Source of the DNA: Eledone cirrhosa
Lineage: Eukaryota
Assembly (NCBI GenBank): GCA_964016885.1
Contig: OZ024758.1
Span: 3,968,001-4,032,000, forward strand
Reading direction: 5' to 3'
Length of the DNA stretch: 64,000 nucleotides
Shown here: piece by piece, positions 24,741 to 38,173 of the stretch
Layout: every line of letters starts with the position of its first letter
Numbering within the stretch: the stretch's first letter is position 1
Notes under the pieces: model-generated
Database searches by the model: none
Told to the model about the DNA's origin: nothing
What the model saw: only the letters and a program-made list of their open reading frames with translations
Translations under genes and position numbers: made by a program

Positions 24741-25789
24741 TGGAGTTGTGTGTGTATTAAAATATTGATTAATACGGAAAGCAATGCTATTGTCTGACAA
24801 ATGTATAGGTTAATCAAAGTGCTACAAGTCGTCACTCTTAGAAACTGAAGTCAGCTTTACTAATATAAATTTTTAAGAATTCATTGTAAGTTTTCATGTG
24901 CGTGTGTGTGTTTGTGTGTATGTTTGTCTGCGTGTATGTATGTGTGTGTGTGTAAAAGAACATTTCAAACGAGAACTATTTTTCGGTAATCAATAAAAAT
25001 TCCGTGCAATATTTCTTTTGGAATCTGTGTGTGAAATACACCCAGAATTTTATACAAAGCTGGGGATTGTAATTTCTCCTATCAAATGTATAAACTTAAC
25101 AGGTTTTATATGTAAATCCATTAAACAGCACCTGAATACTGCCGCGTTGTGTCTTAAATAACGTCTTAACAACTGTAAAAAAAAACATTACACAGCATAG
25201 CATCTCTCGATGTCTTCAACTAAAACGTCTCGAAAATAGCTATTAAAGAATTCATACATATTATTAGGCATCAGCTACCACCAACTAAATATTGCTATTA
25301 CATTTTGGTTGTTAATAATATGGTGCAGGATTTTGATATTGCAGTTTACATATACTTGCAATGTTGCGCATGTCAAAATGGCTTTGGTGTATTATTACAA
25401 TAGGCAACGATCCAAGTTATAGTTAAGGCTTGATAAAAATTGAAATATTGCATGAATTATATTTTTTCCAGCTATGACATTTTAACCTGACATTTATTAT
25501 CTCCCCTTTTGTATGTCTAAAATAAATGTATCATAATAGCAACAAAATGGCCGAATCACTGCAGCGTTGCTTGGTTTGTTACAAGTGACATTGAAATCAC
25601 ACTCAAATTGAAATCTGATCTATTAAAAAGAAATGATAGATCGATTGTTGCCTTCGATGGGCGAAATCTGAAGAAATAAACGAGGATTAAAAATAAGGTT
25701 ACTGCTGGAAAACCATTGGTGATACATCTACTTCATCATGCCCGAACTTTTCAAATGCGGAACTATGTTTGGTTCACAAACCTTTGGGG

Positions 25790-25915
25790 GAACCCCAAAG
25801 TCTAATACTCTTATATACTCTTAATATAAATACACTTCTCTACATTTTTTACGGAACCCCAGAAACTCCTTTGCGGACCTGTTCAGTTCCACGGAACCCA
25901 CTTTGAAAACCATTG
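25790..25915. mobile_element. hAT-type transposon end
   Basis: Repeated GGAACCC subterminal motifs and terminus CACTTTGAAAACCATTG, the reverse complement of a CAGTGGTTTTCAAA-type TIR. Confidence 0.5.
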
Positions 25916-26325
25916 GCCGAAACCACTGGCCCAAACTTCTGGCCCAAACCACTGGCCCAATCCACTGGCCCAAAACACTGGCCCAATCCACTGGCCCAAA
26001 CCACTGGCCCAAACACTGGCCCAATCCACTGGCCCAAAACACTGGCCCAATCCACTGGCCCAAACCACTGGCCCAATCCACTGGCCAAAACCACTGGTAC
26101 AAATCACTGGTCCAAACCAGTGGCCCAACCCACTGGCCCAAACACTGGCCCAATCCACTGGCCCAAACACTGGCCCAACCCACTGGCCCAAACACTGGCC
26201 CAAACCACTGGCCCAAACACTGGCCCAATCCACTGGCCCAATCCACTGGCCCAATCCACTGGCCCAAACCACTGGCCCAATCCACTGGCCCAATCCACTG
26301 GCCCAAACCACTGGTACAAATCACT
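25908..26325. repeat. GC-rich 12-13-bp minisatellite, unit (A/T)CCACTGGCCCAA
   Basis: Roughly 30-35 variant units, no unique spacers. Confidence 0.95.
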
Positions 26326-27266
26326 GCTCCAAACCAAGGTGGTTACACTGTGTAAATTATGAACTCTTTACTTATATTTTCGTTTGCGGATTTTTTTTTT
26401 ATATATCCGAACAGAACTATGAATAGATGTTTTGTCCGTGATTATTGTATTTTTTCTGGTCTTAACAAATGACCTAGGGAGTAAAGCCATATATCAAAAC
26501 GCTGGCAAAAACAAATGAGACAAAATAGACAGTCACTTACATACAGAAAACAAATCAGCTAAAATGAATCAGATACAAATGATTTCTAATAATAGAATCA
26601 ACACGCACCATACCATTTACATCAATACAATATACGACTTCATTATTCAATGTGTCGTTGTGTTATTTTTTTTAGCTGTATAGTATGAATAGGGGGGTAT
26701 TTGACAGCTATTTCTAGCAGATGATCCGTCTGCGTATAGATTTTGAGTAGGTTATTTGCGTAGACTAGATCGATAGAAATACGTCTTCTCTAAAAACCAG
26801 TGTTAAAGTAACAACATAAGAAATCGTTATAAATTAAGTTTTGTTCACTAGTGGGACTGTCCAGAAAAATATATCAAAGTATAAGAAGGAATTCTTAATG
26901 AAATAAACAGTTATTTACTGCGGTTCTAGAACTTCTAGCGTAACGTCGGAGGAAACCAATCCCTCTTATTAAATTGGGTAGAAAGAAACTGCAAAAAGCC
27001 TGTTCGATACGATATATCTATTTTGGGGAATTAAACTTAATGCGGTATACAATTCTATATCACCCCCTGGACATTAAGTGCATTTAGTATTAATAATATC
27101 CATGCAAATATTCGACCATTTCTTTGTTCTTGCCTTCCCTTTCACCTCACTAGTCTCAAATTCTCTGCCAAAATGTTCATGGACACAAACGTTTTTATCG
27201 TACTCAAGTTACTGATAAATATAATATCATACATAAAAACATACATACATACATATTCGTAATATA

Positions 27267-27324
27267 TCGGATCTAGCTGTCGAAACGGCCGGAGCTCAGC
27301 CGTCGAGGTCATGACTCTTTTCCT
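27267..27324 (+). mobile_element. Family D PLE-like fragment
   Basis: TCGGATCTAGCTGTCGAAACGGCCGGAGCTCAGCCGTCG shared with 48885-49028, 54551-54620 (-) and 34972-35147 (-). Confidence 0.65.
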
Positions 27325-27384
27325 ATATATATATATATATATATATTAGAGAGAGAGAGAGAGCGAGAGAGAGAGAGAGGGGGG

Positions 27385-27556
27385 AATGGTTTCTACATGC
27401 TAGAACTGTTTCATTCGGAAGAAATTATTGATCTCTTCCGAATGAAACTGTTCTAGTCCTGTAGAAGCCAATTCTATATTAAATATTTATACTCTACTAT
27501 GTTATGTATTGAGCACCTTACTTACTGTGGTTACCCCCGATTGAACCCGGGATAAA

Positions 27557-27560
<4 letters not shown>
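27385..27560 (+). mobile_element. Family AB element with fold-back 5' end
   Basis: 27385-27423 is an inverted copy of 27432-27472; the element ends in (TA)n. Confidence 0.75.
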
Positions 27561-27610
<50 letters not shown>

Positions 27611-28659
27611 AGCATACTTACATATATTTATACTTTTATACGTACATACTTACATACATTCATACTTATGTACATACAAGCAAACATAAATACATACATA
27701 TATACATAGAGGGAGACATACAGAGATACTCACACGACTAGGCGGCTATTGATGTGTAAATAGCAATGAAATAGTCTTGTTTCTGGGTTAGTATCTGGTT
27801 ATGTTTCCATTGGTGGGAAATTTGGAACATAAATATAAATAGGACGAACTTAGGAGGCATAATACAGACAGACAGATTAATATGTATATACAAGTGTATA
27901 CTTCTTTCTAGGAGAAAATTGGACAGGAACACTGCCTCAGCGTCTTACATACCTACATATATTAACATTCTTAACCTTTAAGAATTCCTATCTGCTTTAA
28001 AATTCACTGAACTCACCTATTCAGTCTTCACCTCTCACTAATATCCTAACACGGGCTAAAGGAGGGCATATCTTTTCAGACTAATAGAAAGAAACAGAAC
28101 TAGATATTAAGTCTTGCATTAATAATCCTAGCGAAGAAATCTTTCGTCTCTATTCATTTATAATAAATTTCCTCCAGCAAACTAAATATAAGATATTCAG
28201 TTGGCGTAGAGTAAAGCCATATGTTAACAAGCTGGAGAAAATAAATAATGATTCAGACAGACGGTCATTCGCAGACACTAGACGAATCAGTTAAATTGCA
28301 TCAGCTACTACTGATGTCTAATAATAGAATCAGTAAGCGCTATACCATTTACACCAAGTACACAATCAAACTTGGCCGAAACACCTTTCATCAGCAACAA
28401 CATTTCACTAACACTTCAGCCCTTCCATTCCTGCAGGCATCCACTAACATGATCTGGTAAAGTGCCAAATGCATCTTCACATAAACACTCTGGTCCTCTG
28501 CCCTCACCTTTCGACCGGTTCAAAGATGGAAGGTACGGTTGGTTCGAGTGTGGTTGGACTAAGGGCAGTGGTGCGAACATTCAAAAGAATTAAATTATTT
28601 GTAACATTGATAACAGAGAAACTTAAACGTACACACATATAAACACTTACGCAATACTC

Positions 28660-28810
<151 letters not shown>

Positions 28811-29427
28811 GCATATCCATACATATCACACACACAGTTATTACAAAACAGATGTCACATGATCTGTTTTATCAGCGTTGCCAAACACATATATCACACA
28901 TTGGGAAATGGCTGGCTTACGAGCGTAGGTGTGTGTGTGTGTGTAGGTCTCTCTGTGTATGTAGGTGAGTATGTGTGTGTGTATATATGTGCGTGTGTAG
29001 TTATATGTGTGTGTGTTTGTGTGTATGTTTGTGTGTGCATACGTTTATTATATGTAACTTGTTTCTATGTTGAAAGTACACATGTACACATAACAAGCTG
29101 CCCCAAACACATACACATACTTAATGTTGTTTTCGCGTATGTATATTTAAGAGTCTATGTTAGTATACACCTATGTATATATGTATGTATGTATGTTCGC
29201 ACGTATGTATGCATGTATGTATGCATGTATTTTATGTCTCATTCTGTATGGTGTCTGTTTGTAAGTATATATGTATGTATATATATATGTATATGTACGT
29301 AAGCTTATATGTATGCATCTATTCATATGTGTGTATGTATGTGAGTGTATGTATGTGTGCATATATATATATGTGTGTGTGCGTATGTATGTTTGATTTA
29401 TAACAATACACACACACATATATATTT

Positions 29428-29475
<48 letters not shown>

Positions 29476-31779
29476 ATATATATATACATACATATATCTA
29501 TGTCTCTTATGTTATAAATCAGACGTAGCTCTCACGCTAAACACATCTGCGTCCAAAGAGATAGAGCAAGAAAGATTAAACAGATATACGGCTTAAAATA
29601 TAAGGTTGTGCGATTGTAAGAAAATATAGACAAGGATAATGAGATAAGTATAATGTATACATAGTTCTATTGGACTTAATTTCTCTCACAGCCCCTCTTT
29701 GTATATATACCGTATACCCCCATCTATATATCCATAAGGACATATATATATACACACAGAGACATACGAATCCCTCTCTCTCTAACTCTCACTCTCTCAC
29801 TCCCTCTTTCTCTCTCTCTCTCTCTATGTGTATATATTTATATATATATACATATATATACAAATACATACATTCAAACATTTATATATATATATATATA
29901 TATATAAATGAAAAATATTGATGTATATGCATACATATATATATACATACAAATACTTATAAATATATATGTATGTATGTGTGTGTGTTTGTGAGCGTGT
30001 GTATGCATATATGTATACAACACTTAATAGAAACTTGTTATAACAGCATCGGTTCGTTTGATGGAGAAAGCTCGATCTATAAGTATGCAAATTAAGCTCA
30101 TATATAGGTAAGAATATGCCCTGAAACTACGTTATAATACAGGAATATTAATATATAGCTTAGAAGTTTTGTATTTGTCAATGAAAAAAATCGATGCAGT
30201 CTTTTATAATAGCACACCGTGTTCTATATCTGATTAGGATCACATTTTGCTGTTCAACAGTTAAGAAAATCATTCGGTACGGTTAATTATGAGTAGATTT
30301 TATTTAAGTCGAGCCGTTCTTTCCATTTATTTAGCTACGTCATACTTTGAGCTTATATTCACCAGGATCATGAAGAAAATCGTCATCGGAATTACATATT
30401 AAAAATTGTACTTTAAATAAAGCATTGTATATACTATAAAGAATTTGGTGCTGGAAAGCCAAGACAGAGAGTCTTGCCAGCATGATATAGAAAGCCACAT
30501 CGGACACTGGAATAGTTCCTTTATTTTTCTCGGATGAAGAGATATTAATCTCGAAATATCATGACATATGAATAAATTAAGGTAAAATATATCAAACCCT
30601 GTTTCTTGCGTTTAAATTTTATCTGTCCAAACCTGCATTGTTGTGGCTTTCCAACATCTAATTCTTTATATTACAATTTATTGCATGATGCCCAGAAATA
30701 TTTTTTCAGAACAGCAAATAAGGTTTTCCAATAACCTTTATCACTGACAGAAATTTTTAATTTGTGAAAACCCGGGACAGTTGGGTACACTGACCACCCA
30801 GCTCAATGCCAATCAATCAAGATTTTGTTTATTTCAGGGATGTTTTACCATTTAATTTGTTTTGACTTGAAGTAAGTTTAGCTGCTAACCGATAAAGGTG
30901 TCTTTATAGTTACTCGTTGATAATAACTGTTTGTTTCAAGTTCTGTTGCGATTGAAAACAAATGTTCGATCGAAAACGTCGCGGTTATTCAGAAAATAAA
31001 TATCCTATTAGGTGTCTTAAGTCTTAGACAATTGAACATTTTTCATAAATACACCTGTTATCTAGTAATTCCAGTGATGTCCATTTACTTTCATTTAATA
31101 ACTATGCTGTTTGATTTGTGGTTATCCCAGATTTATTTGAACACAGACGGAAGTTCATACTTCCTTTCCGTGTTGGAAAATACGCTGGAGGTGTGCATTA
31201 TGCTGATAAATATCTGATGATATTTGGAGATGATACTTGGATAAATTGGCACACATGAGACGTAAAGATTTTGTATAATATTGATTAGGTTTGAGATAAT
31301 ATTCCGTTCGCTGACGTGAAGAAGTTTGTGTGGAGAATGGAGATTCATTTAGGCAAGAAAATAGTTCCAAAAAACGAGACGTGAATTTTTCAATCTAAGA
31401 AATGAAATATGTATCGGAAAATTCAAATAGTAGTTTGTTTTCGGGGACGGGAACCTGAATATCCTGTAGCCCTCAATCTAATATATATTGGCATACCGAT
31501 ACATCTGGATAACTATAACTGACTGCCTGAAGGGGGTATCCTTACGTACATACATACATACATACATACATACATGGTGGCTGCCAACTCGTTTTCGAGT
31601 ACGGCCACTACTTTATATCCATGTAGGAGAACCCCTACCGATGCGCTGAACGAGTGTGACTTTTTAGTCCAGCCAGCGACATACATACATACATACATAC
31701 ATACATACATACATACATACATACATACATACATACATACATACATACATACATACATACATACATACATACATACGTA

Positions 31780-31920
31780 CATCTTGTTAAGCGGTTTCAA
31801 CCCGGGTCGCAGCAACAACTCTCTCTCTGTCACACACCTTGGTCGAATATCCCAGACTTGATGGCCTGAATGCAGACCAGACCAATGACGTTGTTCAGGT
31901 TGCCGATGTAAGTGTATCGG
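31780..31920 (-). pseudogene. RTE/RTE-X LINE 3' end with (GTAT)n tail
   Basis: RYTYIGNLNNVIGLVCIQAIKSGIFDQGV* resembles the TYID.L..DTGL...+...M.DR..W terminus. Confidence 0.55.
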
Positions 31921-34373
31921 CGTTTTCCTATCCTTAAAACTCCATTTCGTAAGGAGAGGAAAATATTTCAAAAATAATTAATGAAGTTGCTTAAAGGAAG
32001 TTATAATTAGATAATTAAGAGTGAAAACCTAGGCTGTGTATCGATTAAGGTGGATGTGGAAATCGTGCTCAAACTATTTGAATTATAAAGTCAGACTTAA
32101 GCTAATGTTAGCATATCTAATGCAATGAACATAAGTATAACTAATTAGAAAGATTTAATTTATACCAGAAAATACATTATTAGATCAAATCTAATATACA
32201 TTTACTCATGTAAATCAAGAACAATGGAAGTTATGGCATGTTTCTGTCGTATCCAGATCTCATCATCAAAACGTGTATTTCAGCCTATTTGGTGATTTAG
32301 GAAAGTGTAAATTAACGAGTAGTGGTAGTCAATTTTTATTTTCAACAGATTTATTTTATAAACGCCTCTTCCTAAAATTATTTTAAAATTCCAGTCCAAA
32401 GATTTCAATGTTAATTATTGACTTAGACAACTAATTTCATGATTTGCTTTACTTTATTTACTACAATTATTTATTAGAATTATTTACAGCATTAGTTTCT
32501 TATTTTTTCCTAACTCTGGGCCACTATTAACACTGACAAAATTATTAACGCTGATGTAATGTTAAATTTGGCAAGAAAAGACTAGAACTGTGAAATTTAT
32601 TGCTTATGACACTAAAGCCCCAAAAATTAAGTTTTGAGTGCATTTTATTTTCAGCAACAAAACACCTTCAGGGTAATTAGACATACAAGAACAACACATA
32701 GAAAACTTATAAAGAGTGAAATAAAAGAATACAAACTGAGACACAGCGAAAGAGAGTGTGAAGGGAGAGTGAAGTTAAGATGTGTAGAATAGATTTTTGT
32801 GTTAGGAACTAATAGAAATGCTAGTGTGAGTATATATGTATATATATGTATGTTAATCTCCATGTGTGCATTCGTTTAAATAACTGTTAGTACATAAATC
32901 TCTTTAGATATACACACATACTAAGATGTGTGCACACACATGATTATTCCTATATTTGGTTTATATATAAACTCACAAAAATGCACACATTTACATAAAT
33001 TTTCCGCCAGGTATTATGGGATATCTGGTCAGTTTAAAAAACCATTAACATGTAATACTTTCTGTGATTAGACGGCTGCCATACATTACATTTTGTAAGA
33101 GAAAACTGTCGACTATTTTTCTGAACATCGTAATGAAGAAAGGTGTTGCATTAAATTGCCTTTGTCTTCAATGATAAAAAAGATATACCACCCTCACTAT
33201 CCTTTGTCCGTCGCTCTAACAGGTAAATTAACCAAATAGTCTTACAATTATACTAATCCCAAATTCTTATATAGTCAAAAAAGTTAAAAAAATATAAAAA
33301 ATAAAATAAAATAAATCTATATTCGATTATATATTGCCTGACCGCTACCATATTTTATCGTCCCTGGAGTTATGATATGTAAATTTTTGAGAGGTGATTA
33401 TTTGTCATATCTTAAATGCATGTAAATAACACATGGTATTTTGTTCAGTAATCAAGCAGATCCCTATCCTTTCAATTATATTAATACTGATTTCAAAATG
33501 GCCGTTGGTACTCCAACGGCCATTTTGGTAGAGAGAGAGTTGGGTTATATTAATAGAAATCATTACTTATTTGTTACTATGAAATCATTAGTTATTATGC
33601 TGTGGGCGCTAGAACGAAGGCAAAATAAAATGAGAACTGAGAAGGTAAAGAGACATAACTCTATACAGCCGTAAACGTTATATTCAGTTACCAATTCACG
33701 AAAGCATCTCCTTCACAAATAGAATAATATTGATTTTGAACAATCTAAATTGGATTTACATGAGTCAATGCTTACACAAATCCACATTAGACAAACTAGT
33801 TCATTCATTTTTAAAGAATGCACTCTAAGATGTCAAGGAGATTTGGCTGCTGACTCTACCTCATCAAGCAACCGCATTTAGGATCATTCATCTTTAATGC
33901 CTTAGTTTTCTCAATAAATATGTTTGTCGTCACAAACTCTTTCAGATAACAGATGCTGTAAATATAGTGATGTTTATTTCCGCTCTCATTTCTTCACATA
34001 AATAAATCTTCGTTTGCCGGAAATTGACGAAATTGGATTTAAATCTTTGTGTATGGGATGTATGTAATTAAAATTAGATTTCTCAGCATATGGCAATTAA
34101 TTTAAGGGGCAAATTGTTTATTTATATATTAAACAAGTCTAACAAAATAATTATATATACATATACATACGTGTTGAATCACTTGTTTCATAAATATTCT
34201 GATATGTGTGTACGCGCAAATACACACGCTTACACATACGTAAATGTGTGTAGGTGCATATATATTTCTTTCTGTGGTTGTACGTGAAATATACAAACCT
34301 TCTCACGTTTATTAGCATGTGATCACTATTATATCGCGGGTGTGCATTTCTCGTTATATATATATATATATAA

Positions 34374-34765
34374 GGTCGCGTCGTCTGCGTCTAAACCGGC
34401 AACCCCACCAAGTTGCTTGGTGAGGAGGGTAATATTTGGACAGCCTGCATGAAATACAAGACCCGGCAAAAGGCGAAGGAACACAGCAGAGACAACGGCC
34501 ACGTGGGAGTAAAAGGCCCCCAGTTGTTGTCACAACACCCTTCTAGGAGAGGGAAACTCTGAAAAAAAAAACTGCGACTTCGGAAGCAGCCGATGACCAG
34601 TTCTCCTTTTCGGGTAGTGATATTTTTCGATGCTCAGAGAGTGGGTTTGTTCGAGTGCAAGGCCTTTCCCCACTTAAAAAAACATGCAAGCACAGGCATT
34701 GCTGTTTCAGGATCTGTTATAGGTTTGTGTGACTGGCCGTAGCCTAAAAGTGCACCAAACTCTAT
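34374..34765 (+). mobile_element. RTE-like 5'-UTR fragment
   Basis: Homologous to 13514-13650; contains CTAGGAGAGGGAAACTCTGA, recalled as an RTE 5'-UTR motif. Confidence 0.5.
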
Positions 34766-34936
34766 AATCCTCCAAGTAATTGCTTATATATTTCAATAAA
34801 CGTTTTGAAGGCTTAACAAATCGTATTTGCATTATAATATTACACTCTGTCTAGCTCTACACCTCGCTACTGATGTGACCCTATATATCGAATGCTCACC
34901 TGGGTGAACCTACCGTCACTTCACGTTACACTCCCT

Positions 34937-34971
<35 letters not shown>

Positions 34972-34973
<2 letters not shown>

Positions 34974-35144
34974 ATGGATTCGAAACTGGTTAGACCATTA
35001 ATCCCCACGGTACTCACTATTTGGGGTAGTAGAGTATAGTTATATTATAAAGTATCGGGACCCCGACGGCTGAGCTCTTACCGTTTCAATTGCTTGTTCC
35101 CCACTCTCTGGATCATTGGAACTAGTCGGAGTCCCAACTGTTTA

Positions 35145-35147
<3 letters not shown>
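34972..35147 (-). mobile_element. Family D PLE-like element with HHR relic, between (TA)n tracts
   Basis: Extended stem GGGACUCCGAC/GUCGGGGUCCC around a degenerate core and GAAACGGUA. Confidence 0.55.
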
Positions 35148-35184
<37 letters not shown>

Positions 35185-35364
35185 GCTATTAGTGTGTGTG
35201 TGTGTGTGTATGAGTAGGGTTTCAAAAGCCTATATAAAATATTATGTTGTCTTACATTTGTGATTTGCTTATATATTAATTTCCCAATTTTTCACCATGG
35301 TTTTTCCCACGATGTTTTGAGGTTTATCTTGCCCTAGGGGCTAATAGAGAATTATTATTTACTG

Positions 35365-35401
<37 letters not shown>

Positions 35402-36089
35402 CAGTAGTGGTTGTAGGAGTAAAATAAATAATATATTGGTGTAATTTTCGTAATTGTGGTTGCATGTGTTTTTACAGGTGGAGGCATGTGTGTGTATGTG
35501 CGCGCGTGTGTGTGTGTGTGTGTGTTTATGCTTAGGTTTGAAAACAAATTGAAAAGTGAAAGCTTTCGATATATTCAGTCGATTTTCGCATTGCAGAGAT
35601 CTTTCGTGTGTATTTGGGTAGAATAAATATTTCTAGCCAAGGCAAAATAAAATATTGGTTAAACAACAGCAGCGCCACCGGGAATGAATAGAACAGCAAC
35701 ACTATCAGAAGAATCAACAACAAGAGCAATATATATGATTCCTACGGCATTAATTTTCATGTCAGTTCTTTAATTCCACTTATTTATTACGTCTAAAAAA
35801 ATCTTTCCCAGATATGATTAATAAGAAATATATCATAAATAATAGTTTACACAGAACTGAAGATAAAATCCACAACTCACAATGGACGTAAAAACATTGA
35901 CCGAGTTATTTACAGTTCTGAATTCAAATCGTATTAACGTTATACAGTAATATAAAGGATATATTCAGCTTATTAAGAGTGTTGTCAGTTTATTAAAGGG
36001 TCTATTAGTTTATTAAGGGTGTTGTCAGTTTATTATGGGGTCTATTCAATTTGTTATCGTCCAGTTAAATATAATGATTTCGACTACAT

Positions 36090-36478
36090 GTATAAGGACT
36101 GCAATTTCGGGGGAGTGGAAAGTCGATTAGATTGACCCCAGTGTATAACTGGTGCTTAATGTTATCGACCCTGTAAGAATGAAACGCAGAGCTAACCTCG
36201 GGGGAATTTGAACTGAGAACGTAAAGGGCCACAACTCTGTATCACGAAGCATGGTGCTCGCCACTCTACCGATACTGCCAATCCACCGCCCTCGTTACTA
36301 ACAGATAAAGAAAGCATTTAGAAAACAAATAATAGACATAAAAGAAGTGAAATGAAACAAATACAAAAAATAGGAAATATTCAAAACAAACAATTAGTTA
36401 GTGAGAAGGTAAATGGCCGTAATTTTATGCTGCAAAGTATGGTGTCCGACGCTCTACCGATACTGTCAATCTACCGCT
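36090..36478 (-). mobile_element. SINE family A (36090-36292) plus head fragment (36405-36478)
   Basis: Family motifs. Confidence 0.75.
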
Positions 36479-37459
36479 CTATCCAGTTAAATATAATACA
36501 TATTGTATTAGTTTTAGATATTCTTTTGATATTAATTCATCATCTACTGCGGTAAAACCACGTCATCAGCTGTCTACTGGAGATCTGAATGATTTCCGTA
36601 ATTTTCAACATAATCGATAATCCCCCCAGCTACGCCAAGCAGCATTGATGCTGTCACGAAATACCCGGGTTTATTCACTCTTGTTAAACACACTTTCCTC
36701 TTCTGTTATTCATGAAGCCATCACGACAAGCTAGGTGCAGCTGAAATCACTACAACCACCAAGCAACTATATTGTTTTATCTTCTTTGAAGATTTTTTCA
36801 TTCCTGTCAGTGTTAGTTTTTCTCTCAGGTTTTTATGTCATAAAGATAAAGAAACAAATTCTATTTTACTAGAGAAATGAATCATTAACGCTGCATTTCA
36901 CTCTACGTCCAAATCCAACCGGGTAGAACAAAGATCTAGTTAGAAAACCATGACATCTCAATTCTACTAGATGACCTGTACATTAGTATCACTCTGTCTC
37001 TCACAATTCCTTAAGTTCTTCACATTATGTGTCCTTTTTCTCTTCGTTCTACAGCAAGGTACTTTTAACCAAAAATATCAGGAGTTTTTTGATAAGTGAA
37101 ATCACGCTATACGTTTAGGGCACCGGATATTTATAACAATATTGCGTGCATGTGTGCGTGCGTGTGTATGTGTGTGTGTCTGTTTTATCAGTTGCAGTGG
37201 GTGCACATGATATCAGTATTTTCAGTTCTTAAACCCGTACATTTATGTACTGGGGTAACACTTTCTGGTGTGGAACTACAAATATTAACCTTAGGAATAT
37301 TGCATACGCAATCTAATGTCTTTTCATACGACAGATATTCGGCAACACTACTTTAAACCTGCCTATCACCACCATCATTCAATACATACAACTAACATTC
37401 TCCCCCCCCCCCCCCCACACACACACGCGTCAATACCTATATATATATATAAATAGGTA

Positions 37460-37680
37460 TCGACAGGCGATCTACTTTCGTCAAATTGGAGCGAGTAAAC
37501 AATGTTTCCGTCGGCCTTTCCAATTGCTAATACTCTCTAACGGTCGCAACTCAAGGTAGAAGCAGCAACATGAAATAAAGTGTGTTGCTCAAGGACATAA
37601 CGCATCACCCAATCCAGGAGTCGAAATTACAACCTCACGGTTGTGAATCTACTCTTACGACTCAGCGACCCGCCTTCACC
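37460..37680 (-). mobile_element. CORE-type SINE, tail type 3
   Basis: Homologous to 43782-43996. Confidence 0.75.
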
Positions 37681-38124
37681 GTGTATAAGTATATTGATTA
37701 GTAACTTAAAGATACTGGCTTAATTAAATCATTGAGCGAGTGGGAAAACGATCGGATTTATATCGGTCCTATACGATGACTTCAGTATATATATATATAT
37801 ATAAGGAACTGTTTCATTGTTTTATTCATTATTCTTTTAATATTTTATATATATATATATATATATATAATTGCAACTATATATAAATATATAATAATAA
37901 ATATTACCCAATCACAAGTCTGTAAATTACTTAATCTAAAATATCATGTATACTACAATATAAATCTATATGGTCCTATTCTTTCTTATGTCTTTTCCGC
38001 CTATGTTATCTTATATCTTATATAAATGTTGATACTCATACTTATCTAACCTCCGATATTATGCATTCTCCTATTGGTCTTGTGAGAAAGTTTTAATATT
38101 ATAATTGTGTTTGACCTTTATTAT

Positions 38125-38173
38125 CTATGCCGATGAATCCGGCTTCGTGCTAGGATGAAACTATCGTAAATTA
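38125..38173 (+). ncRNA. Degenerate hammerhead motif in a pLTR-like segment
   Basis: CCGAUGA (U4C)-AUCCGGC(UUCGU)GCUAGGAU-GAAA-C-UAUC-G-UA, followed by ATTAAA; stem I lost. Confidence 0.35.

Noticed and set aside
25821-26362. Repetitive W/G/P-rich ORFs and possible CRISPR array
   Set aside because: A 12-13-bp tandem minisatellite with no unique spacers and no cas genes, in eukaryotic context.
31576-31612. HDV-like ribozyme (7-bp P1 starting with a G-U pair)
   Set aside because: No P3/L3, P1.1 or P2 could be placed in the required order.
35970-36047. Short local tandem duplications (also 50890-50932)
   Set aside because: Ordinary two-copy slippage products.
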